Positions 1-8,212 of a stretch of DNA of 64,000 nucleotides are shown in pieces. Origin of the DNA: an uncultured Rickettsiales bacterium (GTDB lineage: Bacteria; Pseudomonadota; Alphaproteobacteria; Rickettsiales; UBA1997); assembly GCA_944392135.1 (NCBI GenBank), contig CALXVQ010000001.1:5359-69358 (forward strand), given 5' to 3'. The translations under genes were made by a program, and so were the position numbers. Positions within the stretch are counted from its first letter, which is position 1. Every line of letters starts with the position of its first letter. The notes below the pieces were generated by a model. It made no database searches and was not told where the DNA came from. It was given only the letters and a program-made list of their open reading frames with translations.

Positions 1-1178
1 TTGAGTTCAGAAGTTTTTATGTATTTATTCCAATCTTTATAAACATCTAAACAGGCATCAACTAATTTGTCTATGTTTTTGCTATATAAGGCTGATATTG
101 GAATAATAGGGCAACCTTTTATTTGTGAGGCTTTTTGTTCTATTAAATTTATACAATTATTCATAAACTTATGTTTGTCTTTTTCTGCTACTGTATCCCA
201 TTTATTTAAAGCAAAAACAATACCTCTTCCTTCTTGAATTACTTTGTTTGCAATAACGATATCTTGTACATCAAATGGTGAAGTTGAATCAATCATCATA
301 ACAACAATTTGTGCGAATCTAATTGCTCTAAAACTATCTTCAACAGCAAACTTTTCTAAATCAGTATCAATGTTATGTTTTTTTCTAATTCCTGCTGTAT
401 CTATTAATTTTATGTCTCTGTCTTTGTATTTCCATTTGATAGCAATAGCATCTCTTGTGATGCCGGCTTCTGGACCTGTGATAACTCTTTCATCTTTTAA
501 TAAAGTATTTATTAAAGTTGATTTTCCAGCATTAGGCCTGCCAACAATTGCTATTGTAATTTCTCTGTCTTCTTTGTTATTTTTATCTAATTTTTCGGTA
601 TTTGATTTTTCTTCTTCTATATCAATTTCAATCTTGTTTTCAATATCATTTAGCTCTTTGTATTTTTCTTGGTATTTATCATAAAATGGTTCTATTGCAT
701 CATATAACATATTAAAACCATTATTATGTTCTGCTGATAAAGGTATAGGTTCACCAAAACCAAGTTTATAATATTCACTATCAAAAATGTGGTCGTGATT
801 TTTTAAAGAATCGCATTTGTTTGCAATTAAAATTGTGGGAATATTTTTTTCTCTAAGCCATTTAGCAAAATATTTATCAGCTGGCTGTATGCCAACTTTG
901 CTATCAACCATAAATAAACATAGATCAGCATTAAAAACGGCAACTTCTGTTTGTTTTATCATTCTGCTTTCTAATTGCTTATCTGTTAAATTATATTCTA
1001 AACCCGCTGTGTCAACAACATCAAAAGACAAAGGGCCTAAATTGCCTTTTTCTATTTTTCTGTCTCTTGTAACACCAGCAAAATCATTAACGATTGCTAT
1101 TTTTCTACCGACTAATTTATTAAATAAACTGGATTTTCCAACATTAGGTCTTCCAATTATTGCTATTGTAAATGGCAT
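1..1178 (-). CDS. der: GTPase Der/EngA (N-terminal ~392 codons; C-terminal end runs off the left edge)
   Basis: Own reverse-strand translation from the ATG at 1178 gives MPFTIAIIGRPNVGKSSLFNKLVGRKIAIVNDFAGVTRD...DTAGLE. A second G domain follows: EITIAIVGRPNAGKSTLINTLL...DTAGIRKK...LNKWD. Two tandem P-loop GTPase domains are the Der hallmark. It is absent from the ORF track because no stop lies inside the window. Confidence 0.85.
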   Translation of the reverse strand, partial: MPFTIAIIGRPNVGKSSLFNKLVGRKIAIVNDFAGVTRDRKIEKGNLGPLSFDVVDTAGLEYNLTDKQLESRMIKQTEVAVFNADLCLFMVDSKVGIQPADKYFAKWLREKNIPTILIANKCDSLKNHDHIFDSEYYKLGFGEPIPLSAEHNNGFNMLYDAIEPFYDKYQEKYKELNDIENKIEIDIEEEKSNTEKLDKNNKEDREITIAIVGRPNAGKSTLINTLLKDERVITGPEAGITRDAIAIKWKYKDRDIKLIDTAGIRKKHNIDTDLEKFAVEDSFRAIRFAQIVVMMIDSTSPFDVQDIVIANKVIQEGRGIVFALNKWDTVAEKDKHKFMNNCINLIEQKASQIKGCPIIPISALYSKNIDKLVDACLDVYKDWNKYIKTSEL

Positions 1179-1253
1179 AATACTTTTTTTATTAATTAAT
1201 AGAATATTAAAAAAACAATTAATTAATTCAAGATAATTAATTAATTTTATTTC

Positions 1254-1281
1254 TTGACTTAAAAAATATAATATTTATATT
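1254..1281 (+). promoter_or_regulatory. candidate sigma70-type promoter upstream of rpsU
   Basis: TTGACT (1254-1259), 16-nt spacer, TATATT (1276-1281), about 45 nt upstream of the rpsU start. AT-rich context makes the -10 weakly informative. Confidence 0.35.
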
Positions 1282-1327
1282 ATTGTGAATATGTTATTAA
1301 TAAAGTATTTAAAGGTGGTAAGTTAGT

Positions 1328-1519
1328 TTGGTAAGTGTAGTTGTTCCTGATAAAAACAAGTTAGAATTTGCTATTAGATTATTCAGAAAAAAAACACAAA
1401 AAGAAGGAATAGTTAGAGAAGCAAGAAGAAGAAAAGAATACGAAAAACCTTGTGAAAAAAGAAAGAGAAAAATTCAAGAAAGCAAGGCTAGAACAAAAAG
1501 AAAAAAGAAAAATTTTTAA
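1328..1519 (+). CDS. rpsU: 30S ribosomal protein S21
   Basis: 63 aa, TTG start. The pattern FAIRLFRKKTQKEGIVREARRRKEYEKPCEKRKRK matches the S21 signature (..RRF.R...K.G......R...YEKPS..RKRK). Confidence 0.85.
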   Translation: MVSVVVPDKNKLEFAIRLFRKKTQKEGIVREARRRKEYEKPCEKRKRKIQESKARTKRKKKNF

Positions 1520-1524
1520 TTTAT

Positions 1525-1560
1525 TAGCTCTATTTGAAAAAATAGAGCTATATGTTATTT
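1525..1560 (+). terminator. rho-independent terminator after rpsU
   Basis: Hairpin TAGCTCTATTT / AAATAGAGCTA (1525-1535 / 1540-1550) followed by a T-rich tail. Confidence 0.6.
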
Positions 1561-1575
1561 AACTATAAATAGTAT

Positions 1576-3465
1576 ATGTATTTAAGAAGAAATAATCTCA
1601 TAAGAAAAAAAATGGAAAGAAGAAGAATGTGGTTAGCTATTCTAATAACTTCATTTTTAATCTTTTTAATATTTTATATAGTAAACACTATAAAACAAAG
1701 TAAATATCAAAAATTCATTGATGGTAGTGTTTTAAATGAAATTGCCAATAATGAATCAAAATCCATTTTTAATATTAAAGAATTAAATATTAAAGAATTA
1801 AAAGATAGAATAATTTTATTAAATGTTTATAATATTCAAGATTTTTCTTACATCTTTTCACTCAATTTAGCTAATAAAATTGAACAAAAATATCATAACA
1901 AAGTGGTTGTAATTGATATAATTGCTGATAATTTTAATCTAGAAAAAAATACAATAATAAACTATATTATTAAGAATAATATAGAACGACCAGTTATTAA
2001 TATTGAAAATTTTGATTTAGGAAGTGATACAAGAAATTATGATAAATACTTTGTGTTAGTTGATAAAAATGGAATGATAAAAAATATTTTTCCATATGAT
2101 AACAGTGTAGAACAAACGATATATACAGAAATTGACAAAATTTTATCAAAAAAGCCAGATTTGAATATAAATGAATTGTCAAGTATTGATTTAGAAAAAA
2201 ATAATCAACCAGAATCATTTATAAAATCTTTAAGTCATATTTTATATCTTAGAAATATACAAGACACAAACGAAGGACCATATTTCATAATTGCCGATTC
2301 AAAAGGTAGAAAAATATTTTTAATAAAAGTTAATGGTGATATTGTGAATCAAATTGGTAGTGGCAGAAATGGTAAAGAAGACAAAAATGGTATAAATGCT
2401 AGTTTTTGTTATCCTTCTGGTATAACAATACAAGATAATAGATATTTGTATGTTGCTGACACTTGCAATGATTCTATTAGAAAAGTTGATTTAAAGACTA
2501 TGGAAGTTTCCACATTAATCAAAGATAACAAATATTTAAAAGATCCACTAAATGTAATTTTACTTAATGATTCGTTAATTATTTCAACAGCTTCACAAGA
2601 TACTTTATTAAAGTATGATTTATCAAGAGAAGAACTTACACCAATAGAATGTCAAGAATGTGATAAATATATTATTAAATTAGATAAATTTTTAGACAAA
2701 GTATATTTTATAAATACAAAAAATTATGGTTTATATAGTATAGATACAGATGATGTAATTACAAAAGAAATAGATTTCAATGAATTAAACGAAGCAAATG
2801 ATATTAAAATAACAGGTAATCATAATTTTCATATAGATGAAACCGGCCTATATTTTGTTGATAAATTTAAAAACAGAATTTTAAAAGTAAAAGACAACAA
2901 AACAGAAGAATATAGCACAAACGAAAATGAAAAATTATATAATTTACCAAATGACATTATTGATTTTAGAGATAAATTAGTATTTACAAATGATGGCGAT
3001 AAAAAAATAATTCAATTGGATAGAAATACTAAGAAATCAAAAATTATTAATATTAGTTTTGGCCCAGAATACAATACTTTAAGATTGCAAGAAGATGAAT
3101 TTTTAAATATTAACGATATCAACAACATATATATTAAAAATGGCATTGATAATAAAATTGAACTCAATTTAGATCCTAATTATTCATTTGAAAAAATGGC
3201 ACCACAAACTTTATCTTTATACAAAGAAGATTTAGAAAATAAATCTGCAATATTAATTAAAACATACAGCAAAGGCGAAATTTTAGATAATAAAGTTCTA
3301 CAACTTCCTGAATTAGAAGATAACACTAACTATTATTTAAAAGGTAGATTTTTTTATTGTAATTACAACAAAAAGACACCTTGTTTAGTAAACAAATATA
3401 GCAAAAAAATTATTTCTACTTCTTCAAGTGAAAATAATATAATTAAAATAGACTTTCTTTATTAA
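1576..3465 (+). CDS. membrane-anchored protein with thioredoxin-fold-like region (no CxxC) and NHL-type beta-propeller repeats
   Basis: N-terminal TM helix (WLAILITSFLIFLIFYIV). NHL-like repeat signatures are present: YPSGITIQDNRYLYVADTCNDSIRKVD, GLYFVDKFKNRILKV, LVFTNDGDKKIIQLD. The true start may be an internal Met. Confidence 0.55.
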   Translation: MYLRRNNLIRKKMERRRMWLAILITSFLIFLIFYIVNTIKQSKYQKFIDGSVLNEIANNESKSIFNIKELNIKELKDRIILLNVYNIQDFSYIFSLNLANKIEQKYHNKVVVIDIIADNFNLEKNTIINYIIKNNIERPVINIENFDLGSDTRNYDKYFVLVDKNGMIKNIFPYDNSVEQTIYTEIDKILSKKPDLNINELSSIDLEKNNQPESFIKSLSHILYLRNIQDTNEGPYFIIADSKGRKIFLIKVNGDIVNQIGSGRNGKEDKNGINASFCYPSGITIQDNRYLYVADTCNDSIRKVDLKTMEVSTLIKDNKYLKDPLNVILLNDSLIISTASQDTLLKYDLSREELTPIECQECDKYIIKLDKFLDKVYFINTKNYGLYSIDTDDVITKEIDFNELNEANDIKITGNHNFHIDETGLYFVDKFKNRILKVKDNKTEEYSTNENEKLYNLPNDIIDFRDKLVFTNDGDKKIIQLDRNTKKSKIINISFGPEYNTLRLQEDEFLNINDINNIYIKNGIDNKIELNLDPNYSFEKMAPQTLSLYKEDLENKSAILIKTYSKGEILDNKVLQLPELEDNTNYYLKGRFFYCNYNKKTPCLVNKYSKKIISTSSSENNIIKIDFLY

Positions 3466-3481
3466 ATATTAGGGGGTTGTT

Positions 3482-4072
3482 ATGTGGTTTATAATTAGAC
3501 ATGCTCAAACACTTGAAAATAGTTTAGGTATTCAACAAGGGCAAATGGATAGTTTATTAAGCTTAAAAGGAATTATCCAAGCTCAATCTATTGCTTATAG
3601 AATTTTAGATTTTAAAGAAGAAAATTTTGAAGAATATGAATTTATTACAAGCCCACTGACAAGAACTAGACATACTTTACAAATAATTATGGAAATATTA
3701 AATATTAAAGATAAAAAGCCAATTATAGAACCATTATTATCTAGTAGAAATAAAGGTATTTTTCAAGGATTAGAAAAAGATAAAATTAAAGATATATACC
3801 CAGAAGAATATGCAAAAATGCAAAAAGATATGTGGAATTATATTCCACCACAAGCCACAGAATCAAAAAATGACACTTACAATAGAATTAAAGATTTTAT
3901 TGAAAAATATAAAGATCATAAGAATGTTATTCTTATTACACACGGTAGCATTACAAAAATGATTAAACAAGAATTATTAAATATGAAAGGCGATGAAACT
4001 TCTAATAATAATTTTACAAAAAACCAAAATTATTTCTATTGTTGGAATGGTGATACTATGGAAAAAATATAA
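3482..4072 (+). CDS. histidine phosphatase (phosphoglycerate-mutase-like) family protein
   Basis: N-terminal IIRHAQTLEN (RHG/RHA catalytic motif) and C-terminal LITHGSI second-His motif. Strong SD (AGGGGG) 6 nt upstream. Confidence 0.7.
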   Translation: MWFIIRHAQTLENSLGIQQGQMDSLLSLKGIIQAQSIAYRILDFKEENFEEYEFITSPLTRTRHTLQIIMEILNIKDKKPIIEPLLSSRNKGIFQGLEKDKIKDIYPEEYAKMQKDMWNYIPPQATESKNDTYNRIKDFIEKYKDHKNVILITHGSITKMIKQELLNMKGDETSNNNFTKNQNYFYCWNGDTMEKI

Positions 4073-4075
4073 AGC

Positions 4076-4103
4076 TTGACTTTTATTTTATTTTTTTTAC
4101 AAT
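4076..4103 (+). promoter_or_regulatory. candidate sigma70-type promoter for the 775-aa pilin-like gene
   Basis: TTGACT (4076-4081), 16-nt spacer, TACAAT (4098-4103). Confidence 0.4.
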
Positions 4104-4136
4104 TAAGGTACTATATTGCAATTATTTTTTTAAAAA

Positions 4137-6464
4137 ATGAGAAATATTTCCAAGAAGTATAGTAAGAATATTGCATATTCCAATAACTTTGCATACATTG
4201 TTAATCTTACAAATAATAAAATTAAAAATAAAAAATTATCAAACAACATATATGGCTACAATCTTATTACTTTAAGTATGGTTGTACTTATTATGGGTGT
4301 TATAATGACAGCTCTTATAGGTTATTATGATGCTTTAAACATCAACAGAAGAACAACCATGACAGAGGATAAATTTAAAATAATCAACACATCATTAGTA
4401 GCATATCTTGCAAAGAATGGTAAGTTTCCTTGTCCGGCTCCATTAGATTGTGATTTACAAGGTTGTAATAATGACAGTGTTTTCACAGAGAAAGTTTTAG
4501 GAATAGAATTTAGACAAGACAGAGACATTGACAATGACTGTATTGCAGATAATTCTGGTGTTTTTGAATCAAAAAACGAAAAAGGAGAAAAAATTCTTTA
4601 TGGAAATGTTCCAGCTTTATCGTTAGGTTTAGATAATAATTATTTAATAGATAGTTGGCAAAATAAAATTGTTTATATTATTCCAGACATACTTACAAAA
4701 GACAATTCATTAAAAAATATATTATTAAACAAAGATGCAAGAGATCCAACTATTTCAGATGAATATGTAAAAGATGGTGAAATATTTTTATTATTATCAA
4801 ATAATGTTAACACTTCCGGTGCTTTCCCATACGAAAACAGAGAAAGCAACGATTTTTCTAGCCTTATTAGTTCATCGCATAACGAAGATAAATATAATCT
4901 TCCACAAAAAGATTTTACCATTGATTTAGAAAATGCAAAACAACTAAAATTTCATACCAATATAGATAATTTACATGATGCAATTAGAAAAAATTTTATA
5001 GATGAAAGTGATATTGGAGCCCCAGATTGTGCTGAGACAACAGAAACAGTATTACTTATCGATGATACTGGCAATAGTTCCGAGCCTGATTCTATACCAT
5101 ATGTTGATAAATATAATGATGTTCATAAAACTCAATGGAAAGACGATTCTACAGCGGTTAAAAATTATAAAGCAATACCATTTAAAATTCCAGATGATGT
5201 AACAGAAGTTTTTATTGAATTATGGGGGGCACAAGGTGGTGGGCAAGATTGTGCTGGAGAAGGTGATATGGGTATGTTAGGTGGCAAAGGTGGTTATACC
5301 TATGGATTTTTAGACACTACAGATGAAAATTTAGAAAAAATTGGTGTTAAAGATAGAACTATATATTTTTTTATTGGCGGATATGGAAAAAATGTTGCTA
5401 GCAATAAAGGTGGTGGTGGTGGTTGGAATGGTGGCGGTGGAGCTGCTACAGGTACCATATCATCGAAAAAAGAAGGTGCTGGTGGTGGAGCAACTGATGT
5501 TAGAACATCTGCGAATTTATCTAATCTCGCAGATTGGAAAAGTACTTTGAGTAGTAGATTAATGGTAGCTGGTGGTGGTGGTGGAAGTTCTGTTGGTGGT
5601 TTAACATATGATCAAGAAAAAGGTGGTGCAGGTGGTGGTGGAAATAATAATGGTTCAAATAGTGGCTCACATGGTGGTGCAACACCTGGACGTGGTGGAT
5701 GTGCCATAGGTGATAGTGATGGTAGTTGTTGCAAAATAAATCCAGCTAATATTGGCAATAATGGTGGTGGAGGAGGCTATTATGCCGGTGGAGGAGGTGG
5801 TTTATCAAATGGATGTTCAGCAACATCTGGTGGTAATTATGCCGGTGGAGGTGGTGGTTCTGGTTATATAAATAATAGTATAATATCGGACAGGAAAACA
5901 CCATGTAGTGTTAAAGAGGCTTGTACAGATACTAAAAAAGGTGGAAAAGATAATAGTTATGGTCGTAATGATAAATGCAGTAAAAGAGGTGATGGAATAG
6001 CAGGAACTGCAAAGAATGGCCAAGCATCAATTATTTTTATAGGTGTTAAAAATGATAAAAAGGAAGAGCCATTTACATATTATTATACATTTACATTTAA
6101 ACAAGCAAAGGCTGGTGAAGTTAGATTTGCCGATGAAGTTTGTCCATCTAATGTGTCAGATCCTGTACAAAAAAGTGATTTTTATACAGTATCTACACAT
6201 AATTCAGCTTCTAAGCCAGCAAAAAAATGTGGTGATAATCAACAATGGGAACAAAATTTTGAATATACTTGTAAAGTATTGCCAAAATGTGAAAACCCTG
6301 TTAAAAAATTTTCAGGTGTTGATTGGGGTGATATAAATTATGATATTGTAAATACTGGAATCATTACAGGCACAGATAATACTACTAATACTATTGTAAA
6401 ATATAAATGTATAGTAGAATTAGATGAAACTGGAAATTATACAGCATCTTATATAAGATTATAA
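4137..6464 (+). CDS. type IV pilin/pseudopilin-like N-terminus fused to a large glycine-rich domain and a Cys-containing C-terminal domain
   Basis: Pilin-like hydrophobic helix GYNLITLSMVVLIMGVIMTALIG, with T instead of the usual E5. Pilin-core-like LVAYLAKNGKFPCPAP and DSWQNKIVYI. Then a glycine-rich domain signature: FKIPDDVTEVFIELWGAQGGG...GGKGGYTYGFL...IYFFIGGYGKN...GGGGGWNGGGG...GAGGGATDVR...RLMVAGGGGGS. Confidence 0.6.
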   Translation: MRNISKKYSKNIAYSNNFAYIVNLTNNKIKNKKLSNNIYGYNLITLSMVVLIMGVIMTALIGYYDALNINRRTTMTEDKFKIINTSLVAYLAKNGKFPCPAPLDCDLQGCNNDSVFTEKVLGIEFRQDRDIDNDCIADNSGVFESKNEKGEKILYGNVPALSLGLDNNYLIDSWQNKIVYIIPDILTKDNSLKNILLNKDARDPTISDEYVKDGEIFLLLSNNVNTSGAFPYENRESNDFSSLISSSHNEDKYNLPQKDFTIDLENAKQLKFHTNIDNLHDAIRKNFIDESDIGAPDCAETTETVLLIDDTGNSSEPDSIPYVDKYNDVHKTQWKDDSTAVKNYKAIPFKIPDDVTEVFIELWGAQGGGQDCAGEGDMGMLGGKGGYTYGFLDTTDENLEKIGVKDRTIYFFIGGYGKNVASNKGGGGGWNGGGGAATGTISSKKEGAGGGATDVRTSANLSNLADWKSTLSSRLMVAGGGGGSSVGGLTYDQEKGGAGGGGNNNGSNSGSHGGATPGRGGCAIGDSDGSCCKINPANIGNNGGGGGYYAGGGGGLSNGCSATSGGNYAGGGGGSGYINNSIISDRKTPCSVKEACTDTKKGGKDNSYGRNDKCSKRGDGIAGTAKNGQASIIFIGVKNDKKEEPFTYYYTFTFKQAKAGEVRFADEVCPSNVSDPVQKSDFYTVSTHNSASKPAKKCGDNQQWEQNFEYTCKVLPKCENPVKKFSGVDWGDINYDIVNTGIITGTDNTTNTIVKYKCIVELDETGNYTASYIRL

Positions 6465-6493
6465 CCATAAAAAATCATCAGTTTAATATTATT

Positions 6494-7765
6494 GTGGTGT
6501 GAGGTCTCTAACCCCACACCTGATGTTTACAGATGATAGAGTTTTATAAAATCAATTTGCGAAGTTAATTTTTTTCTGTGGTGTGAAGTCTCCCGACCCC
6601 ATACCAAAAGAGACTACCATAGTATCCCATCCCAAGATTGCCACGGCTTTTTCAAAGCCTCGCAATGACGCTTCTTTTTTTCGTCATTGCGAGCGAAGCG
6701 AAGCAATCCATAAACCACCAATAGCTAATATAAAAATAGAAAAGAAAAGAATTCCATGAATGAATAATTATGTCTCATACCGAGATTGCCACGGCTTTTG
6801 CAAAGCCTCGCAATGACAGGCCAAGAATAAACGAGATTGCCACGAGTTGCAAGCAACTCTCGCAATGACGATGTGGGAGTACTGTCATTGCGAGGAGTGA
6901 AACGACGAAGCAATCCACAAACCACTGATATTTCATTTATTCACAGAAAAAATAAAAAATTTCACCAATAGAATAATTAATTATATAATTATAATAATTA
7001 ATACAAAAACAAAAAGAAAAAGAAGCTATTATTATTTATCAAGTCCAAGAATTAATTTCAAATGAAATATTAATTTTCAATTTTCAATTTCTTATAGATT
7101 ATCATAAAATTTTGTTTGACTATTATAATGTTCTATCCCGAGATTGCCACAGCTTTTTCAAAGCCTCGCAATGACAGGCTAAGAATAAACGAGATTGCCA
7201 CAGGCCTTCGGCCTTCGCAATGACGAGTTTGTGTATACTGTCATTACGAGCGAAGCGAAGCAATCCACAAACCACAAACTACCACCCCTTTGTCATTGCG
7301 AGCAAAGCGAAGCAATCCATAAACCACCAATAGCTAATATAAAAATAGAAAATAAAAAGAATTCCATGAATAAATAATTATGTCTCATCCCGAGATTGCC
7401 ACGGCTTTTTCAAAGCCTCGCAATGACGAGTTTGTGTATACTGTCATTGCGAGCAAAGCGAAGCAATCCACAAACCATCAATAACCTATTCATTCACAGA
7501 AAACCAAAAAAATTCACTACCACTCATCCCCTTCGTCATTGCGAGGAGTGAAACGACGAAGCAATCCATAAACCACTGATAGCTAATACAAAAATAGAAA
7601 AGAAAAGAATTCACTACTCTCGTCCCCTTTCGTCATTGCGAGAACCGAAGGTTCGTGGCAATCCATCAACCACCATTATTTTATTCATTCATAGAAAAAT
7701 AAAAGAATTCATCACCCTTTGCCCCCTTCGTCATTGCGAAGGCCAAAGGCCTGTGGCAATCCACA
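6494..7765. repeat. intergenic array 1 of hairpin modules (GTCATTGCGAG-[variable stem-loop]-GTGGCAATC and relatives)
   Basis: About 14 modules in both orientations, for example 6835-6869, 7193-7224 and 7631-7664. They are interleaved with AT-rich linkers (AAAATAGAAAAGAAAAGAATTC..) and GGTGTG..CACACC hairpins at 6494-6520 and 6578-6603. Confidence 0.9.
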
Positions 7766-8212
7766 ACCACTGTCATTTATAAATAAAATATAATAAACTA
7801 ATTTATTTATTAGTTTACCAGATTATAAAATAAGTCATCCCAGTTCTTATTATTTTCTTCTATTAATTCTATTTTTTTACTTCTAGAACCAGCTTTTAAT
7901 TGTTTTTCTCTTGAAATTGCATTATACATATCATCATAAACTTCATAATAAACCAATTTATCTACATTATATTTCATTGTAAATCCTTCTATTTTCTTGG
8001 ATTTGTGTTCCGATACTCGTCTTAATAAATCATTTGTGACACCAATATATAATGTACCATGTTTTTTATTTGCTAATATATATACATATGAAGTTTTATT
8101 CATTAATGAAGTATCTTTTTTTAAGAAAAATATAACAATTATTATTAAAATAAAGAGTTTTTTATTTTAATAAATTAATGGATTGCCACGAACCTTCGGT
8201 TCTCGCAATGAC
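7730..8212 (-). mobile_element. 483-bp unit: GIY-YIG gene bounded by inverted hairpin modules (copy 1)
   Basis: Ends are GTCATTGCGAAGGCCAAAGGCCTGTGGCAATCC (7730-7762) and GGATTGCCACGAACCTTCGGTTCTCGCAATGAC (8180-8212), in inverted orientation. The whole unit is near-identical to 59620-60102 on the other strand. Mobility is a hypothesis. Confidence 0.45.
7810..8103 (-). CDS. small GIY-YIG nuclease family protein (YhbQ/COG2827-like), copy 1
   Basis: 97 aa. The sequence SYVYILANKKHGTLYIGVTNDLLRRVSEHKS...KLVYYEVY...AISREKQLK carries the GIY...YIG motifs plus conserved R and E. Identical protein to 59729..60022. Confidence 0.85.
   Translation of the reverse strand: MNKTSYVYILANKKHGTLYIGVTNDLLRRVSEHKSKKIEGFTMKYNVDKLVYYEVYDDMYNAISREKQLKAGSRSKKIELIEENNKNWDDLFYNLVN

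Noticed and set aside
244-1236. Plus-strand ORFs 244..684 and 817..1236
   Set aside because: They are low-complexity antisense shadows of der on the minus strand. The der translation shows two clean GTPase domains, while these ORFs have no motifs.
5002-6336. ORFs 5002..5202, 5341..5550, 5817..6023 (minus) and 6043..6336 inside the 775-aa gene
   Set aside because: They are alternative frames of the glycine-rich (GGT-repeat) coding region. The main frame is continuous with recognisable motifs.
6494-7765. CRISPR interpretation of the repeat arrays
   Set aside because: Modules occur in both orientations with irregular spacing, the sequences between modules are themselves repeated linkers rather than unique spacers, and no cas genes are present.
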